A stretch of 64,000 bases of DNA from Vitrella brassicaformis CCMP3155. Lineage: Eukaryota > Protista > Chromerida. Numbering within the stretch: position 1 is the stretch's first letter; the number at the start of each line of letters is the position of its first letter. Shown piece by piece: positions 35,418 through 49,467 of the stretch. The notes beneath the pieces were generated by a model. That model searched no databases, was not told where the DNA came from, and saw only the letters and a list, made by a program, of their open reading frames with translations. The translations under genes were made by a program, and so were the position numbers. The stretch covers positions 19,558-83,557 of the forward strand of contig CDMY01000413.1 in assembly GCA_001179505.1 (NCBI GenBank), written 5' to 3'.

Positions 35418-38224
35418 AAACGACACAACACACAGCACACGACATAGACACGGGACGGGTGTCATTTTCCCTCCCTCTCCCTGCCTCCCTGCCCGCCTGA
35501 CTGCCCGCCTCCACACCTACATGGTGTGCAGGTCCCCATGCAGGATGCCCGGCAGCAGCGACTGTGCGAAGACCCTGGCCCCGCCGTAGTCGACCACCGT
35601 CTGCAGGAGCGAGCACACGTTGCGCGAGGCGGGACCCCGCCTGCCGCCCAGGATGCCCTGGTCGCCGATGGCCGGGGGCGGGAGGGGCGGCATGCGGCCC
35701 TGCACCACTGCATGGGGGTTCTCGGCCTGGTGCTGCAGGTTGTTGTACATCTCCACGGCCCTCAGGTCCAGCCGCACCGTCTCCCGCGTGGCGCTCGGAC
35801 CCACCAGGGCCTCGGGCGTGTTGAGCCGGCCGACGTAGATCTGACCGTCCTCGCCGTCATTCCTCTGGCCACTGGCGGGATCGCTTCTCTTGGCGGCGAT
35901 GGCGCGCCTCTCGTTCTCTGATGAGAGGGGGATGCTGAGAAGGATGTTGTTGTACAGGAAGATGGGCGCCTCGTTGGGGTGGGGGTCGTCGCGACTGCCG
36001 TCACCAGTGGTGGTGGTGGTGGGTGTGGATAAAGCTGCGACGTGCTCGGTGGGGTGGAAGGGCAGGGGAGGGGCGTCGCTGTTGATGGGCGGCACCTTGT
36101 TCTCGCGCACGCGCACCGCGCCGCTCGCCACTGCCGCGTGGAAGTCGCTGTACAGCTGCCGGTAAGGTACACACATGACATGTGGGAGGGAGAACGACAG
36201 AAATGAGAGCGATTCTGGCCCTGCCGTGGTGTTGTGTTGTGTGCTGGCTGGCTGACCGACCTTGAACATCATGCGGTCTCTGAACAGTTCGTCGACCTCT
36301 TTGAGGACGCTCTTGTCGGTGTTGCAGTTGGGGGGACACTCGGTGGGGGTGGGCGGGGGCGGGGGTCCCCCTCCAGCCTCCGCGACAGCGGGATCCTCCC
36401 TGGGCCTGTCCTTCTTGAGTGGCAGCTCCCTGAGCGTCTGGAACTCCTCGTTCCACTCTCGCGGCACCCCCCATGGCTCCATTCCCACACCGTTTTCCGT
36501 CTCGAGCGACTCCTCCGCCCTGTCAAGGTCGTACTCATGCGCCTGCATAGCAAGCAACCAACATAGCCAATAATGTCAGTGTGTCTGTCTGTGTGTGTGT
36601 GAGCGAGCCTTCAGGTGCGCAAGTAGGTAAGGTACCTCGTGAGTGCGTGTGACCCAGTGAGTGACGGGAACGAGCAGCTGCACGAGTGGCGGCACCAGGA
36701 TGGTGGCGAAGCAGTGGAGGTCCGACGGACGGATGGCTATCTGATGCAGCGCCTGACCGAATCGGGGACTGACGGATGGACGGACAAACGACACAAACGT
36801 TTGACACATCCACCAGACGGACAGATGACTCACACAGTTCCTTCCGCATTGCATGGCTCCTGCAGCTGCGGCTACCCTACCTGTATGTGCGCAGCAGGTC
36901 CGCAAGCAGGTGGTAAGTGGCGTGTTTGGCGTCTTCCTGCCCCTCATGGCCGCCAGCGGGCTTGCCATTGGGCTGTCCGCCCCCACTACCCTCCGTCGTG
37001 TCCACCTCTGCGGTTCTGAAGTAGTCAGCAATGTCCCTGCTGCTTGAGTATCTGTCGGCGGCGCACTTGATGACCCTGAAGCCCTGCTCTGTGGCCGCGA
37101 TGATGAGCATCTGGTCCTCCATGGTGCGAGCCTCGTAATACCATATGTCGCCCCGCAGCCTCCTGCGCTTGGGTGGTGGGTTCCAGCCGCTGGAGACGAT
37201 GTACTCGAGGGCCTTGATGTGCGCCTTGGTGAGCATCGGGGGTGGGGCCGTCACCAGGAGCACATCGTCCTCGAGCGTGCCGGCGGCATAGAGCTGCTCC
37301 GGCCCCTTGATGGTGGGAGGCATCACATCGGTCGGATCCCGCCGCAGCAGCCCTGTGCCATCTTCCCCTCCCCCCTGCCCTGTGGTGCCCTTGCCGTGCT
37401 TCCTCTCCTTGTCCTTCTTCTTGTGGTGGTGGGACTTGGACGATGACGGCTTCTGATGGTTGTGGTTGTTGCTGGCGTCGCTCTCGGGTGCTGAGGGGTG
37501 GCCGTTGGCGGTGGGCTGTGCTGGGGGCGTGTTCTGGATGTCCTGGAGGTCGATCTGGTTGGAGATGGCGCCGGTGCTGTCGGCATTGACGATGATGTGC
37601 TGGTCCTTGGTCAGGACGTCGCGGAGCCGACGCACGTGCAGCTTCACCGTCCGCTCGTTGTAGGGATCTGAAGAATGAGGGTGGGAGGAATCAGACAGAG
37701 ACCATCAGGTGGGCTGGGTGCGTGTGATTGTGTTTCAGGTGCGGACGGACAGACATACCCCCGACTAGTTTGAGAACGGATCCATCCTTGAGCCCCTCGG
37801 TGCTCCGCAGCTCTGCAGAGCTCTGCAGACGGCGACCCTCATACTCAAGCTGTGACACACACGCAGGCACACACATCCCACGGCACGGCACGGCACGGCA
37901 CGGCACAGAAAACGACACACACCAAGCCAAGTGAGACTGAATGGTGTGGGCGAGGAGCCTCCCTCCCTCACGTGATAGGCCGTGAAGAAGCATGTCGGCA
38001 GCAGCTCCACCAGGAGGTTCTCGATCTCACTCGCACTGTCGTGAGGCGATATGTCTGAACACACAGCACCACCACACCACACCACACACATACTTGCTCC
38101 ATGCATCAGCTTCAGCCGTTTGCACCTGCCCATTTATCCGTCTAGTTTGCGTACCGACGTAGACCGACGCCCCAGCCGGGGTCGGGAGTTCGACTTTGAG
38201 CTTCCATTGCGCCCTGCACTCCAT
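31495..38224 (-). CDS. CLU1: Clustered mitochondria protein (CLU/Clu1/TIF31; CLU_N, CLU, CLU-central and TPR domains)
   Basis: LLVELLPTCFFTAY, PYNERTVKLHVRRLRD, SGWNPPPKRRRLRGDIWYYEARTME, REWNEEFQTLRELP, IFLYNNILLS, VVDYGGARVFAQSLLPGIL, ESKCIKGADGRLYICDLSRLTPRDLNW, LRPEFVVQY, FHRHGVNLRYLG and C-terminal TPR-like repeats. The start codon is uncertain because an upstream exon or UTR intron lies at about 38280-38365. Confidence 0.9.
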
Positions 38225-38654
38225 CCGCTCAAGCCAGGCAGACGAATGGGATGGTGACCTCCAAAGCAGTGAGGCGGTCTGAAAACACACACGCACAAGA
38301 GGCCGGAGATTGGACTGTCCTCTCTGCCATCCATTGGGCAAGTCGTCCGTTTGTGTGCAGCTCACCTCTGCCAATGCGACTCGCGAGCCTAGGGGCACTC
38401 ACGGCGGCGAACACACCTGCCCTCCACTTGCCCTCCTTCCTCTGGGGCGAAGCTCGCAATTGGCAATCCGGGTCGACATCGGCAGAAACGCTGACTGAGG
38501 AGGCATTATACTCCCCTCAGGGCCCGGAGATTGCCAGTTCTTTCTAGAAATGAACGGAAAGTGCCAGGTGAGCCCGGGGAAAGCGCTGGATGGTTTCTTG
38601 ACGTTTTCACTCATTGCATGCAGGCGTGACGACAGTACCAGCTGCTATCAGACG

Positions 38655-41600
38655 ATGCTTGTTGTTGCGGCCTCTCACAGCCTGACCATTCGACGCAAGA
38701 AGCCGTGGAAGCGGGCCGTTTGGGATCCCTGCAGTCAGGTAGTACCAGGAGGGAAAAATGCGCCCCTGTGTCTGCCTGCAGATGTGGTGTGTCTGACATG
38801 GTTCGCGTGTGTGCAGGGCGCCTCATCTGATGGAGTTAGTTTCGTGTTGGTTGACGAGCATCGCGTGGCGGAGCTGTCAGAGGACGGCACGGCCCCCCGG
38901 AAGAATGCTGTCACCCGGCGCATGGGCCACCGCCTCAGGCTCATCTCCCACCAATCATCAGGTACTCTCACTCAGAATTCACGGCCCCTCTATTCACCAC
39001 ACTGTGCTGCCTCCGTCCATGTGCGTGTGGGTGTCAGGTGGGTATGTGGCTGGTGTGCAGTCTAGTGGCGGCATGTTTGTGTGGAATCGGCATTCGGGCA
39101 CTGTGCACATCGTCGCCGCCACCCCCCTCCTCCCGTCCCTTATAGAGGAGGCCATCCGATGGCTGTAAGTCCACACATTCGCGCATAATGCCGATTGGCT
39201 CTCACATGCGTCTGTCTGTGCTGTGGGTGTGTGGCGAGCCTCTCTCTCGTCGTTCAGCGATTCGGGGTCCGGGGGCGACGGCGGTGTGGGTTTGTCTCAG
39301 TACCTGCCCTCCTCCCTGCTCAGGCTGCGCAAGAGCCGCCAGGCGCAGCTCGCGGCCACTGCTATGATACGCTCCATCGACGTCAGCGCCGATGGTGTGG
39401 ACATGATAGATATGTCACAACAAGGCGTTGATCAATCCATCGAGATAGCATAGCTGCCTGCATTCATGTGCCCTTTGTGCATCTGTCTGTCAGGCTGCCT
39501 GGTAGCGGTGACGACGCAAGAGGGCAACTTGTGGATCTGGACTGCACTCCAATCGGCCGCTGAGCACGGTAGGTCGCATCGCAGCCAAGGCTTCGCTTCA
39601 CGCCAGCTCAGCACGCATAATGTCTGTCTGTCTGCATGTTTGTGTGTGTGCGGCGGTTGATGCGATGTGTGCAGGGCAGTGGCATTGCGTTGAGCCCCTC
39701 CAGCGGCCCTTGCCGTCACAACCCGCCGCCGCTGCTCCCATAGCCAAAGTCCAGAGGGTCGTCTTCATGCGCGACGAGGTATCCTGACAGAAAGACCCAC
39801 GCCCACAACGCCACTACACGCCGATGCTTCTGCCCTGCTCCCTGCTGCAGAGGGTGGGGCAAGCCGTCCTAATGGTTAGTGTGGGCCTCTATCGCTTCCA
39901 GGAGGCGGCCTGCAACGCAATCGCAGCCTATGGAGACCACGGTGCGGCGCCATGCGCCTCATGTGGGGGTGTCTACACAGTGCCGCACGGCAGTGGGAGC
40001 CGCAGCAGCGTTGTCTCGCCTGCGAGGGGGGATGACTGTCCGGCGGGCATGAACGATGACAGTGGAGGTGTCGATGGGGCCGAGGAGGAGGAGGAGATCG
40101 CGGCGCTCTGCACATTCACCCTCGCCCTGCCCAAGGACGAGCAGAGGAAAGGCGAAGGCCCTTCGTGTCGCTACGCCCAAGCGTCCTTCCTGATCCCTGT
40201 CGGCCTGTCGGAGGAGCACCTTTACACACCCCCACCATCAGCCAAGACCACATGTCCGACCATGCTACTCGACCTCAGCAGCAGCGACCCTCCCCCTGAC
40301 TGTCCGTCCCCTCCCTGCCTCCCCGTGGTAGCGCTGGCCATCAATGCGAGCGTCCCCACCAAGGCCCAGCTGCTGCTCGTGCACATCCCGGGGCTCATCA
40401 TGGGGCTGGCTTCACTCGCCAGGGGCCGCCGGCTCGGCAGCACAGGGCAGCCCTGTGGTGGTCACTGCCCGCTGTGTGAGGGATTGGGTGATGGTGTGAG
40501 GGGGGCCGTGACGCCTCCATGGGTGCCTGTGGCGACGAGGGTGCAGCTGGCCAAGGTCTTCCTGCAGGAGGTGCCATCCACTGCAGCTGTGGCAGCTGGT
40601 GGCCAGCCGGCTGTGGGGCTGGCGGCTGTCGACATGGTCGCCGGTGTGGCATGGGAAAGTGGTGGCCGATTCCTCGCCGTTGCATTCCGGTGCGGTGACA
40701 CGACGATAGACAGACAGCAAATGCGTCCGTCCGTCATTCTGATGTGAGTGGTGTGGTGTATTTTCGTACGCGTGCAGGTCTGGTCTGGTCGGCTTCATCT
40801 CGGCTGTGGGCGGAGGTCTCTTGGCAACATTCCATCCCTTGGCCGGGTCGTCCCTCCAGTCCGAGCCCATCCTCTCGCCCTTCTGGGCCTTCTTCGCCCC
40901 TCCCTTCGCCCCTCCCACGCCCCCAGCCTCACAGCCCCATCGCGACAAATACCCGCCGCTTCACTCTATCGGCTTCCACCCGTCAGCGCCCCTGATGCTC
41001 CGGAGCGACGGCTTCAGTGTGTGCAGCTTCTCCCTCACACTGCTGCCGTCGACCAGCCCGACCATCCCCCGACCACCGCACGAGGGGCTCACACATGTCC
41101 TCCAGCGTGTGTGGGAGGAGGTGGTCCACCCCTGCACGGCCAAATACGACGGTGCTGTGCGGCCCAAGGGCGTCTTGGCGGCCGGGGAGGACGGCGAGGG
41201 GCGACAGGGGCTGGCTTTGGAGGGCGTGTCGGCTTATTTGGGCCGTGTGGGTGAGGTCGACTCGTTGCTTGCGCTTGAGATGGTGTGGTGGATATGTCGG
41301 TGGATGACCCTGGCTGTGAGCCTCGACCCGGGCCATGTGCTCGCCGGCGTGAGGCAGCTGCTGCGCTGGGCGCTCAAGCGCCAGAAAGCATCAGACCAAC
41401 ACACAGGGTGTGCAAACCAACACCGGCGTGAAGGCAGTACTTTTCCTGACCTGTCTCTCTTTCCTGATCTCCATCTTCATGCAGAGCGTGTGTCGGCGCT
41501 TGTTTGCTGGAGGTACTGGTGGCGCATCGTCTTGCGCTCGAGTCGCCCTGCAGTGACTCTGCCGCACTGAGCACTGGGCTCCCCTCCCTGGACTTGCCTC

Positions 41601-44600
41601 TGGCCACTGGGTCCTCTTGTCCAGCCGGCAAGATCGCCAGGCTCCGCTCGCAGGCCAGCCTCGCGGGGCTCCGTCTGGAGATTCCCATCCTACCCCTGGC
41701 ACCCCACAGCATGCCCCGCCCGCAGCCCCGCCCCGCCACACCCACACACGCCAGGTGCGCGACGGCTTCGCTGATGCGTCTGCTTGAGCCGGTGGAGGCG
41801 CCGGAGCGGGACCACGAAGCAGACAAGCAGGAGGCAACGGCGAGGGCGGGAGAGAATGCGGCTGTGTTGGTTCGGGAGGCGCTGGCAGATGTCAAGGTGG
41901 TGTGTGAGGTGTTGCAACTCGGTCTCGGGCCTGCCGACAGAGCCAGAAGGGCCAAGAGAGAGGGAGCCACCGTGACGCACATGGGCCCCCATGTGGTGGT
42001 CGAGCCACACTACCCAAACGCCCACGCTGAGAGAGCGGGCGACGACCACAAGGGGCAAGACCGGCGGAGCGAGACGCGGCACAACGACTGGAGGAAGAGC
42101 AAGGCGCGCGTGGGGCTGACATGGCTTCTCGAGGCTGGGACCGTTCTGTCGCACTTCATCGAAGGCGCACCGACGACGCCTCGCGAGGGAGCTATCGAGG
42201 CCCGCACGATCGCCCGACGGGTGGTGGAGACGCATGCGCGGCACAAAGACGACACCCTTCCCGCGTCGTTGTCGCAGCCCGCTGAGAAGGCGTGGCTGAC
42301 TGTGATGGCGGCACTCGTGGCGTCCAATGCGGCCGAGGTCGCCTCAGCCATCCTGAGCATGCTGTGCGACCGGTCCCTGTCCTCACCCCTCAGCCGATGG
42401 GAGGTCGTCACTCTGGTGGCGGCGACCGTCCTGCACATGGCACTGCACCACCAGCAAGGCGACCAGACCAACCAGGACAAGGACCCCTGTGCGTCAAAGA
42501 CCCCCTCCTCGGCCCCTCTGCCCAGCTCAGCTGCTTCCATCGCCATTGTGTGGACGCTCGATCTCACACGGGCGGTGCAGCAGTGGCTGCAGGACCCCCC
42601 TCCTACCCCCCCGGCATTCGAATCGATGGGGCGGCTGGCAGACACCGAGTCGGTCAAGCTGGGCCGCGACCTGACCACCCCTGCGGTGGGGCTGCTGGCG
42701 GTGGCGGGCAGGCGCAAGAGGCGGCGGGAGGAGGGCCCGAGGAGCACCGACTGGGAGGAGGGACACATCCCTGACATGGCCCGCCCGCTGCACGATGACG
42801 TGGTGGAGTCGACGGCAGAGTCCCCGTCACAGCCGCGGATGGCGTCGTCATCCACTGTGGCCGCCATGTTGCTGGACCGATCGGCACATGAGGCCATGTC
42901 GCCGGCCATTCCCCAGCAGCAGCAGCAGCAGCCGCCACCCACGGCATTCGTGTCTGAGCGAGATGCGATGCATCTGGAGGAGCTGCTCCTGTTCGTGTCG
43001 CTGTGCGGGTGTCTGGTGTCGGGCCAGCCTGTGCTGGCGCTGCTGCTCACCTGCATGGGGAGGGGCGAGGCGGCCGACTCCAAGCAGACACACAAGGAGG
43101 GAGTGCTGACGGTGCCTGCTGCTGTTGTCGAAACCTTGGTTGCGGCTTTGGAGGGCCGAGCGGGTGCAGACATCAAGTGCCAGGTTGGAGAGGCTCTCGT
43201 GGATGCCGTCACGGGCTGCGCGTGCACCCTCATCCAGAGAGTGAGCAGAATGAGGGACGAGGGATCATGTGCTGAATCGTAGAGTGTGACTTTGTTGCTC
43301 CGTTTCTGTGTTGCTTCCGCAGATTGACTGCAGGGACGCCGGAAAGACATCTATGTCGCCATTGCGTGTGTTGACGTCGGTCGCCACAGCCGCCCTGCGT
43401 GACAAGGAGGGGGGCCCGAACGTGCGGATCAGCTGCAGGTTCATTCGGGAAGCCCTCTTCAGGTGAGTTCTAATGGGTCAATGACGCTGTGAGTGACACA
43501 ATGCTCTTTCTCTGCTAATCCAACCACCTTTTGGTGGTCTGGTCTCTCTGTCTGCTCCGTGTGTGGTGCACTGCAGGTACTGCTACGCCATTGATCGGTA
43601 CGGCAGTGTGCTGTGGCTGGGCCACACGGCATCCCTACTACACGACATGCGGCGCACACACATGTGGCACCGTGGCATGGAGCCACAAGAGGACCCTTAC
43701 AAATCCGCTGTGGTGGAGCGCATCCCCAAGCCGCTGGTGGGAGTCGGCACCGTGGAGCTCGCGAGGCTGGTCCTCGCCTCCCTGCGGCTGCACGTGGAGG
43801 CCGCCTTATCCTCGACACTCTTCAACGAGGACAGCATGCCCCTCCCAGTCCCCTTCGTCAATCGGCTGCGCCACCTGCTGACGGACGAGGCAGACATCGA
43901 TGCCGTGGCCCCCCGCCTGCTGGGCTATGTGCCCCGCTGTGGGCTCTGGCGTGTGGCGACGACGTGGGACACGGTGCTGCCCACCATGATGATGCAGCGT
44001 GACGACGGAGGCGCCATCGAGACGTCTGCTCTGCTCGGCAAGATCGCTGTGCCGCTGCAGCCGTCGGGTGAGCCCTTCTCGTCACCCCCATCATGGACAC
44101 CGGTGGACATCGCCCCCCTCGGCCATGGCACCTCATCGGCGCCGTCCGACCCTCCCCCGCTGCCCGCGGAGCTGCTGACATTCGAGACCAGCCAGCTGCA
44201 GACCATGGCGCAGCTGGAGGACCACCTGTGCGCGGCCCTGGGCCTTCTGGACATCTACCGCAACGTCCGGGCCGGCCTGCAGGAGAAAACAGCCACAGGT
44301 GCGGCGGATGCGAAGGAGGCGGCCGCGCTGGAGAGTGTGGCTGAGGGGCTGCAGCACCGGATAGGGAGGGGAGTCTGGCTGCTGGTGGTGCGGGACAAGC
44401 TGCTGAAGGCCTTGCTGCGGAAGGAGCTGGCGCAGTCGGTTGCCTGGGCGTGCCGTCTGCTCGACTTTGACGACGTCTACCCCTCCAGGCGGCTGCACGA
44501 GGTGCTCATCGCCCTCCTGGAGGCCATCGCGGCCGCCACCCCGCCCCTGCAGCACCGTCGTGTGGTGACGCTCAAGGGCGCCTGGCTGATTGTCCGGTCG

Positions 44601-47600
44601 GTCGAGCGCTACTTGAGTGACGAGCAGACCGAGGGAAGGCCACCACGAATCCCCACCAGGCAGGCACAAATCTGAATGGTCCTCCCTCCCTGTTGGACCA
44701 ACTCACTGCTTGTCTTGTTGTGCGGTTTGTGCAGCATGAAGGCTCGTCTGAGCAGTGTGGCACAGAGGCTTAGTGACAGCGGGATGGTGCCCACACTCAA
44801 GGCTCGTATTCCGGCCCCCAAGTCCCCAACGACCGTCGCCCCCAAGTCGGCTGAGGGACACCAGCGGCACCACCCCTCGTCTGCCGTGGCCAGCGACCCT
44901 GTGTACCAGCATGTGATCGGCCGCCTGTTCACCCGGTGCACCAACCACGTCTGTCGCAACTACCAGAGGGCCAAGGCGCGGGCATTCCAGCACCTCAAAC
45001 ACCTGCACGCCCACTTCAGGTGAGGGAGCTTTGGTGTGTGGACTGGACACCAGACCAGACCAGTAGGGGGGATGGGATGGGCCATTGTGAATGAATGCAT
45101 CTTGGTCAGGGAGGTGGAGAAGCTGCATCTGACCAAGACAGCTAAAGGGCTGCAGCCGCATGCACGAGAGAGCTCCCTCTCCACCATTAGCGAGGCCTAT
45201 GTGGAGCAGCCGACGGGCCAGTGGGGATGGGACGACCGCCCGCTGCCCTACCTGCCGGGCAGGGCCGATGACGCCCTTGACGTGGTCGTGGACCCCGATG
45301 CCTACCCCTCTTTCTCGTCCTTCCTCGCCGCACTGCAAACGCCATTCTCTGTCATTCAGGTCAGACAGACAGACAGACAGACAGACAGAAGCTGCCTCAC
45401 ACACACTGGGGCAGGGCAGACAGGATGGATTCTTCCATTGCATGTTTGTCTTGTCCCATCCTTTCAGAAGCAAGCTGCGGCGAAGGACACCGAGGACAAG
45501 CTGGATGCATTTGTCAACGCCCCGATAGAGGGACCCATGACGGCTCGCCGCGCCCGTGAGGCGATCGAGCCGCTGAGCCTGCCACCCATCCACCGCCCCC
45601 ACCCCGCCCCCCGCTCGCCGTCCTTCCTGGGCACGTGCAAGGTGCCCGACTGCGCTCCAGACCATCGACACACCTTCACCAGGCTATCTGGCGACCCCCA
45701 TGACAGCTACGTGAGGAACGCTGATGCGCATCCACATGACCAGCCACCCATGGCTGCACAGAGGCAAGAGAATGATGACGATGAGTCGAGTGAGGATGGT
45801 GAGGAGCAAGGGAGCGGCGAGACAGACAACCATGCGTTCTCGGCGTTGCTGGAGCCCTCATCGACCACCCCAGGGCTGAGGGCAGGAGAGGCCGACCAAG
45901 GGGGCAACGAAGTGGAGAGGGTGGCAGAAGCTGTGCTGGTGGATCATGACACACAAGGGGAGGGCGGTGGGTCGGTTGCCGTGACGTCGTCGTCGTCAGT
46001 CGGTGGGTGGCATGACATCCGCGGGCGGCTGCGCATGCAACGGATGAAACGGATGAGGGGCCGAGGTGTGAGCCACTCGAGGGATCTGCTGCCGCGTGTC
46101 GTGTCCACCGTTGGGGCCATGTCGACAGGCCTCACACCGCCCAGACGGATTCGGGAAGGTCCGTACACAGTGAATGAATGAATGCACTAGAGCGACCTAT
46201 GCGACATGTTTGCAAGGCTCGGTGTGCTGTCCTGCTGCCCGTCTGTCTGTCTGTGTGCAGGTGTGCAGAAGCTGGTTAGGAAGATCGGGAGGGCGCCAGG
46301 CACTCGGCTCAAGGCCAAGAGCCCCCGGGCTTCGCAGTACCTGCCCTCCCTCACCCCCACATCAGTTGTCCCCTGTGCACCAGACGCCACCCCCACTCCT
46401 GGTGGTCTTCCCACTGCAATCGTCACGCCTCCACCACAGCCCGTCGAGCCACAAGGAGCGGCACTCAAGCAAAGGACCATCTCAACTGAGGCCGCCATGC
46501 TCGTCACCTCTGAGACCGGCACCACGGCGCAGGACACCCCAAGCGAGAGCGACAGGAGAGCTGACAACGAATGCAGCCCCTGTGTGGAGCACGAGGCGCT
46601 GCAGCAGGCCGACATCGACGCAGGCATCGAGCTGTCGCTGCAATGCAGCGGATACCTCGATACTCCGTCAAACGAGTCGTTGGTCCAAGACCCACCGCCA
46701 CATGAGGCTGACGCCAGCGCAGCCCGCGTTCTAGCCGCGTTGAATGACGCACTTGAGAGCAGCGGCCGCCGGGTGAGGCCGCCGCCCGACAGAGAGGTCG
46801 ACCACCGCTCGCCCCGCCTCTTCGTCACCCATCCAGACACTTTGCATGGATCAAGTCGGTGGGGCGAGATGGACCTGCGGCTGGAGGACTTCGACAGCCA
46901 TGATGATGATGATGACGTGCAGGGGGTGGACCTCGATCCGCATGAAGATCAAGGAGACGACCATGGCGCGGAGGAGGAACCCGTGATGGGCCAGGGTGTT
47001 ACACCATCTCAGCTGCCTGAGCCCGCGGCTGCAGAAATGGAGGACATATCTGAGGTGCAGGTGGCCGAAGAGGCGCCTGATCACCCTGACGATGGTGCCG
47101 CCCTCCAGCAAGCGCTGGACGGCACTCTGCATGATCACCCTCTCCCACCCGAGCACGACGACGAGACGGCTGCTCTGCAACACACCGAGGTCGCCGCGCC
47201 AACACCACCACCACCGGCGGAGGTGGAAGGCGCTGAACTCGTCGACGACACGATTCCTGATGCAGATAAGGATGAGGGGGCGATGGCCGTTGTCGACGAG
47301 CCCCATGTCCCTGATGACCTGGACCGAGGCAGAGCCGACACTCGGCGGCACGAGCCCTTCCCTCTCACCCCCATCATCTATCCAGATGAGGACAAGCCCA
47401 CGCCCGCTTCTCGAGATGCACCATCGCCACTCAACACGGCAGCGCACCACCCCGACCACCACAAGCACGCATTCTCGACAGCAGCGCGGAGGGCCCACGA
47501 AGCCAGGCCAGTCGCCGACACATCGGACAGCGAGAGCTACGACAACCGCCCCTCCAGTCGCCCTTGTCATCGCTGCCCCTTATCTGGGGGCGGTCGTTAT

Positions 47601-49013
47601 CGCAGTGGCTTCTTGACGGAAGAGCGCACGCGGACTCGGGTCCCCCTAACGGGTGTGACCGGTGTGACAGCACGGTATTGCCTGCTCGATCGGCTGCCCG
47701 AGGTCCTGGAGCAGTCACAAGGGATTGTCGAGCACGCGAGGAACCTGCCCCCTTTGCCGCGAAGACGACCTCACCGCGTCAAGAAGCGATGTGATTTCGA
47801 CCCGTTCTTCCGCACGGGGATCATGGAGACATCGTTTCCGTCGATGCGGGCGACATTCGGCATGAGGACCGCCCCGCCATCGGCTGACCTGCCGCCCCCA
47901 CACATCGATCCCTTCGTCTTCGTTCCCCCACCCCAGCCCCCAGACGTGGGCGAGCCATCGGAGCCTCCTGGTGGGGTCGATGTGCGGACGCGCACAGTGA
48001 CCGACGCGGCGGTGTCACCCCAAACGGCCCCCGTGAAGAGGCCCCCCGAGCGGCGCGACACGTCGGTGGATGCAATGGAGGCCGCTCAGACGCACGACAA
48101 GGCAACACAGCACGATCCTGCGGACGCCCGGCCACAGCCAGCTGCCACTGACGATTCGATGGACCTGGTGGGTGCGCGTCTGACGACCATCGAATCGTCA
48201 GTCCGCCGTCTGGAAGAAACACTCGAGATAATGCGGAAGCGGCCGCCATGGGGCAGAGATGCTGGTGCAGGAGATGGACAAGGCGGTCGAGGCGAGATGG
48301 GCACGGGTGGTGCTGGGGGCCTCAACATCGATGTGGCAGCCGTTTCTGCCCGGCAGCAGCCGTCTTCCCGCTTTCCATCCCCGATGATCTCCCTGCGTGA
48401 GCGGTACAAATTCATCTGTTCCGAGCTGCCTGCTGGCGGAGCAGAACCCCCTCCCCCGCAGCCGCCGCCGCCCCCCATTGTGGAGCCCCAGCACACCCTC
48501 CTCCTCTACCCTGACGAGTTCCTAAAGACGCGGATCCGGTCGCCGCCGAGGTCACTCTCACCCAGACAGTCTCAGCCAAGCAGCCGCAGCCCGTCCACAA
48601 AGGCGAGAGGAGGGAGGCGCGCCGGGGCTGCACCAGCACCAGCACCAGCCAGCAGCGTCGCCAGCACAAGGGAGGGCCGGTTCCAAGCGATACGGCCCAT
48701 CACCTCTAGCGGCGGAAAAAGGGCGGGTGAGGTATCGTTCCGGAGTGCCGCCCTCCGCCCATCCTCAGCTGGTGCACGCAGACGACCGACATCCAATGGG
48801 CCGTCAGGACGCAGCAACCACCGAGGGAGAGCAGCCGCGCAAGGGAGGGGGCAGGGGAGGGGCAGATGTAGGGGCAGGGGGGCGGGGAGAGGTAGGGGGA
48901 GAGCCATCCCCACGTTCAAAGCCATGGGGACGCGTTTCGGGGAGGCACTCGAGTTGCTCGAGAACATCATTGACAAAAACAGACCGTACTCTGAAGAGGC
49001 GAAAGAGAGATAG
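38655..49013 (+). CDS. CPLANE1: CPLANE1/JBTS17 (C5orf42)-like ciliogenesis scaffold, roughly 2,900 aa
   Basis: N-terminal WD-like blocks are collinear with human CPLANE1 as recalled: IRRKKPWKRAVW~IKQKKPWPRVSW, SSGGMFVWN~TTGELFLWN, VSADGCLVAVTTQEGNLWIW~VSGNGKRIVLITPSGCIFLW, VVALAINASVPTKAQLLLVH~TLAVTLNQKDPKATQVLFIN, VAGVAWESGGRFLAVAFRSG~VGDISWTHDSLFLACMLKRG, SIGFHPSAPLMLRSDGFSV~SIKAHSRLPYLVISDGYMV. Exons splice in frame to TAG at 49013 if a GC-AG intron at 44660-44734 is used; otherwise the 3' half is a separate gene. Confidence 0.75.
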
Positions 49014-49467
49014 CAGCGGGTGTGGATACGTGTGTGTGATCTCTGTCTGTCTGTCTGTCTGTGTATGGTCGGTCCATGTGTATACCCACATGTTAACATT
49101 GCGGCTTCGTCTTGTGTATTGGATTGTTGCTGCGCACTGCACTCACTCCACTCTGGCCATTCATTCAATGTACAGACAAACAACGTGGCATTTCGCGACA
49201 CCAGTCGGTCGACGCAGTCGTGCCATCCATCCCTCTCACATGAATGCACCAGTGCGCCGGAAGAAGGAGCGGCGCAGTGTCCATATGTGAGCAGCCTCTG
49301 TCTTTGTCGTGTAGCGCTTCGTTGAGAAGGTGTCACTCCGTTCCGTACAGAGAAACGGAGTCACGGCATCACAACAGAGAACTACAGGACAGAAACGAAG
49401 CGCAATATATACATCAGTCAGTCCTGCTCTCCGCATTGCAAAAGCACCGACAGTAGCATGCACGCGT

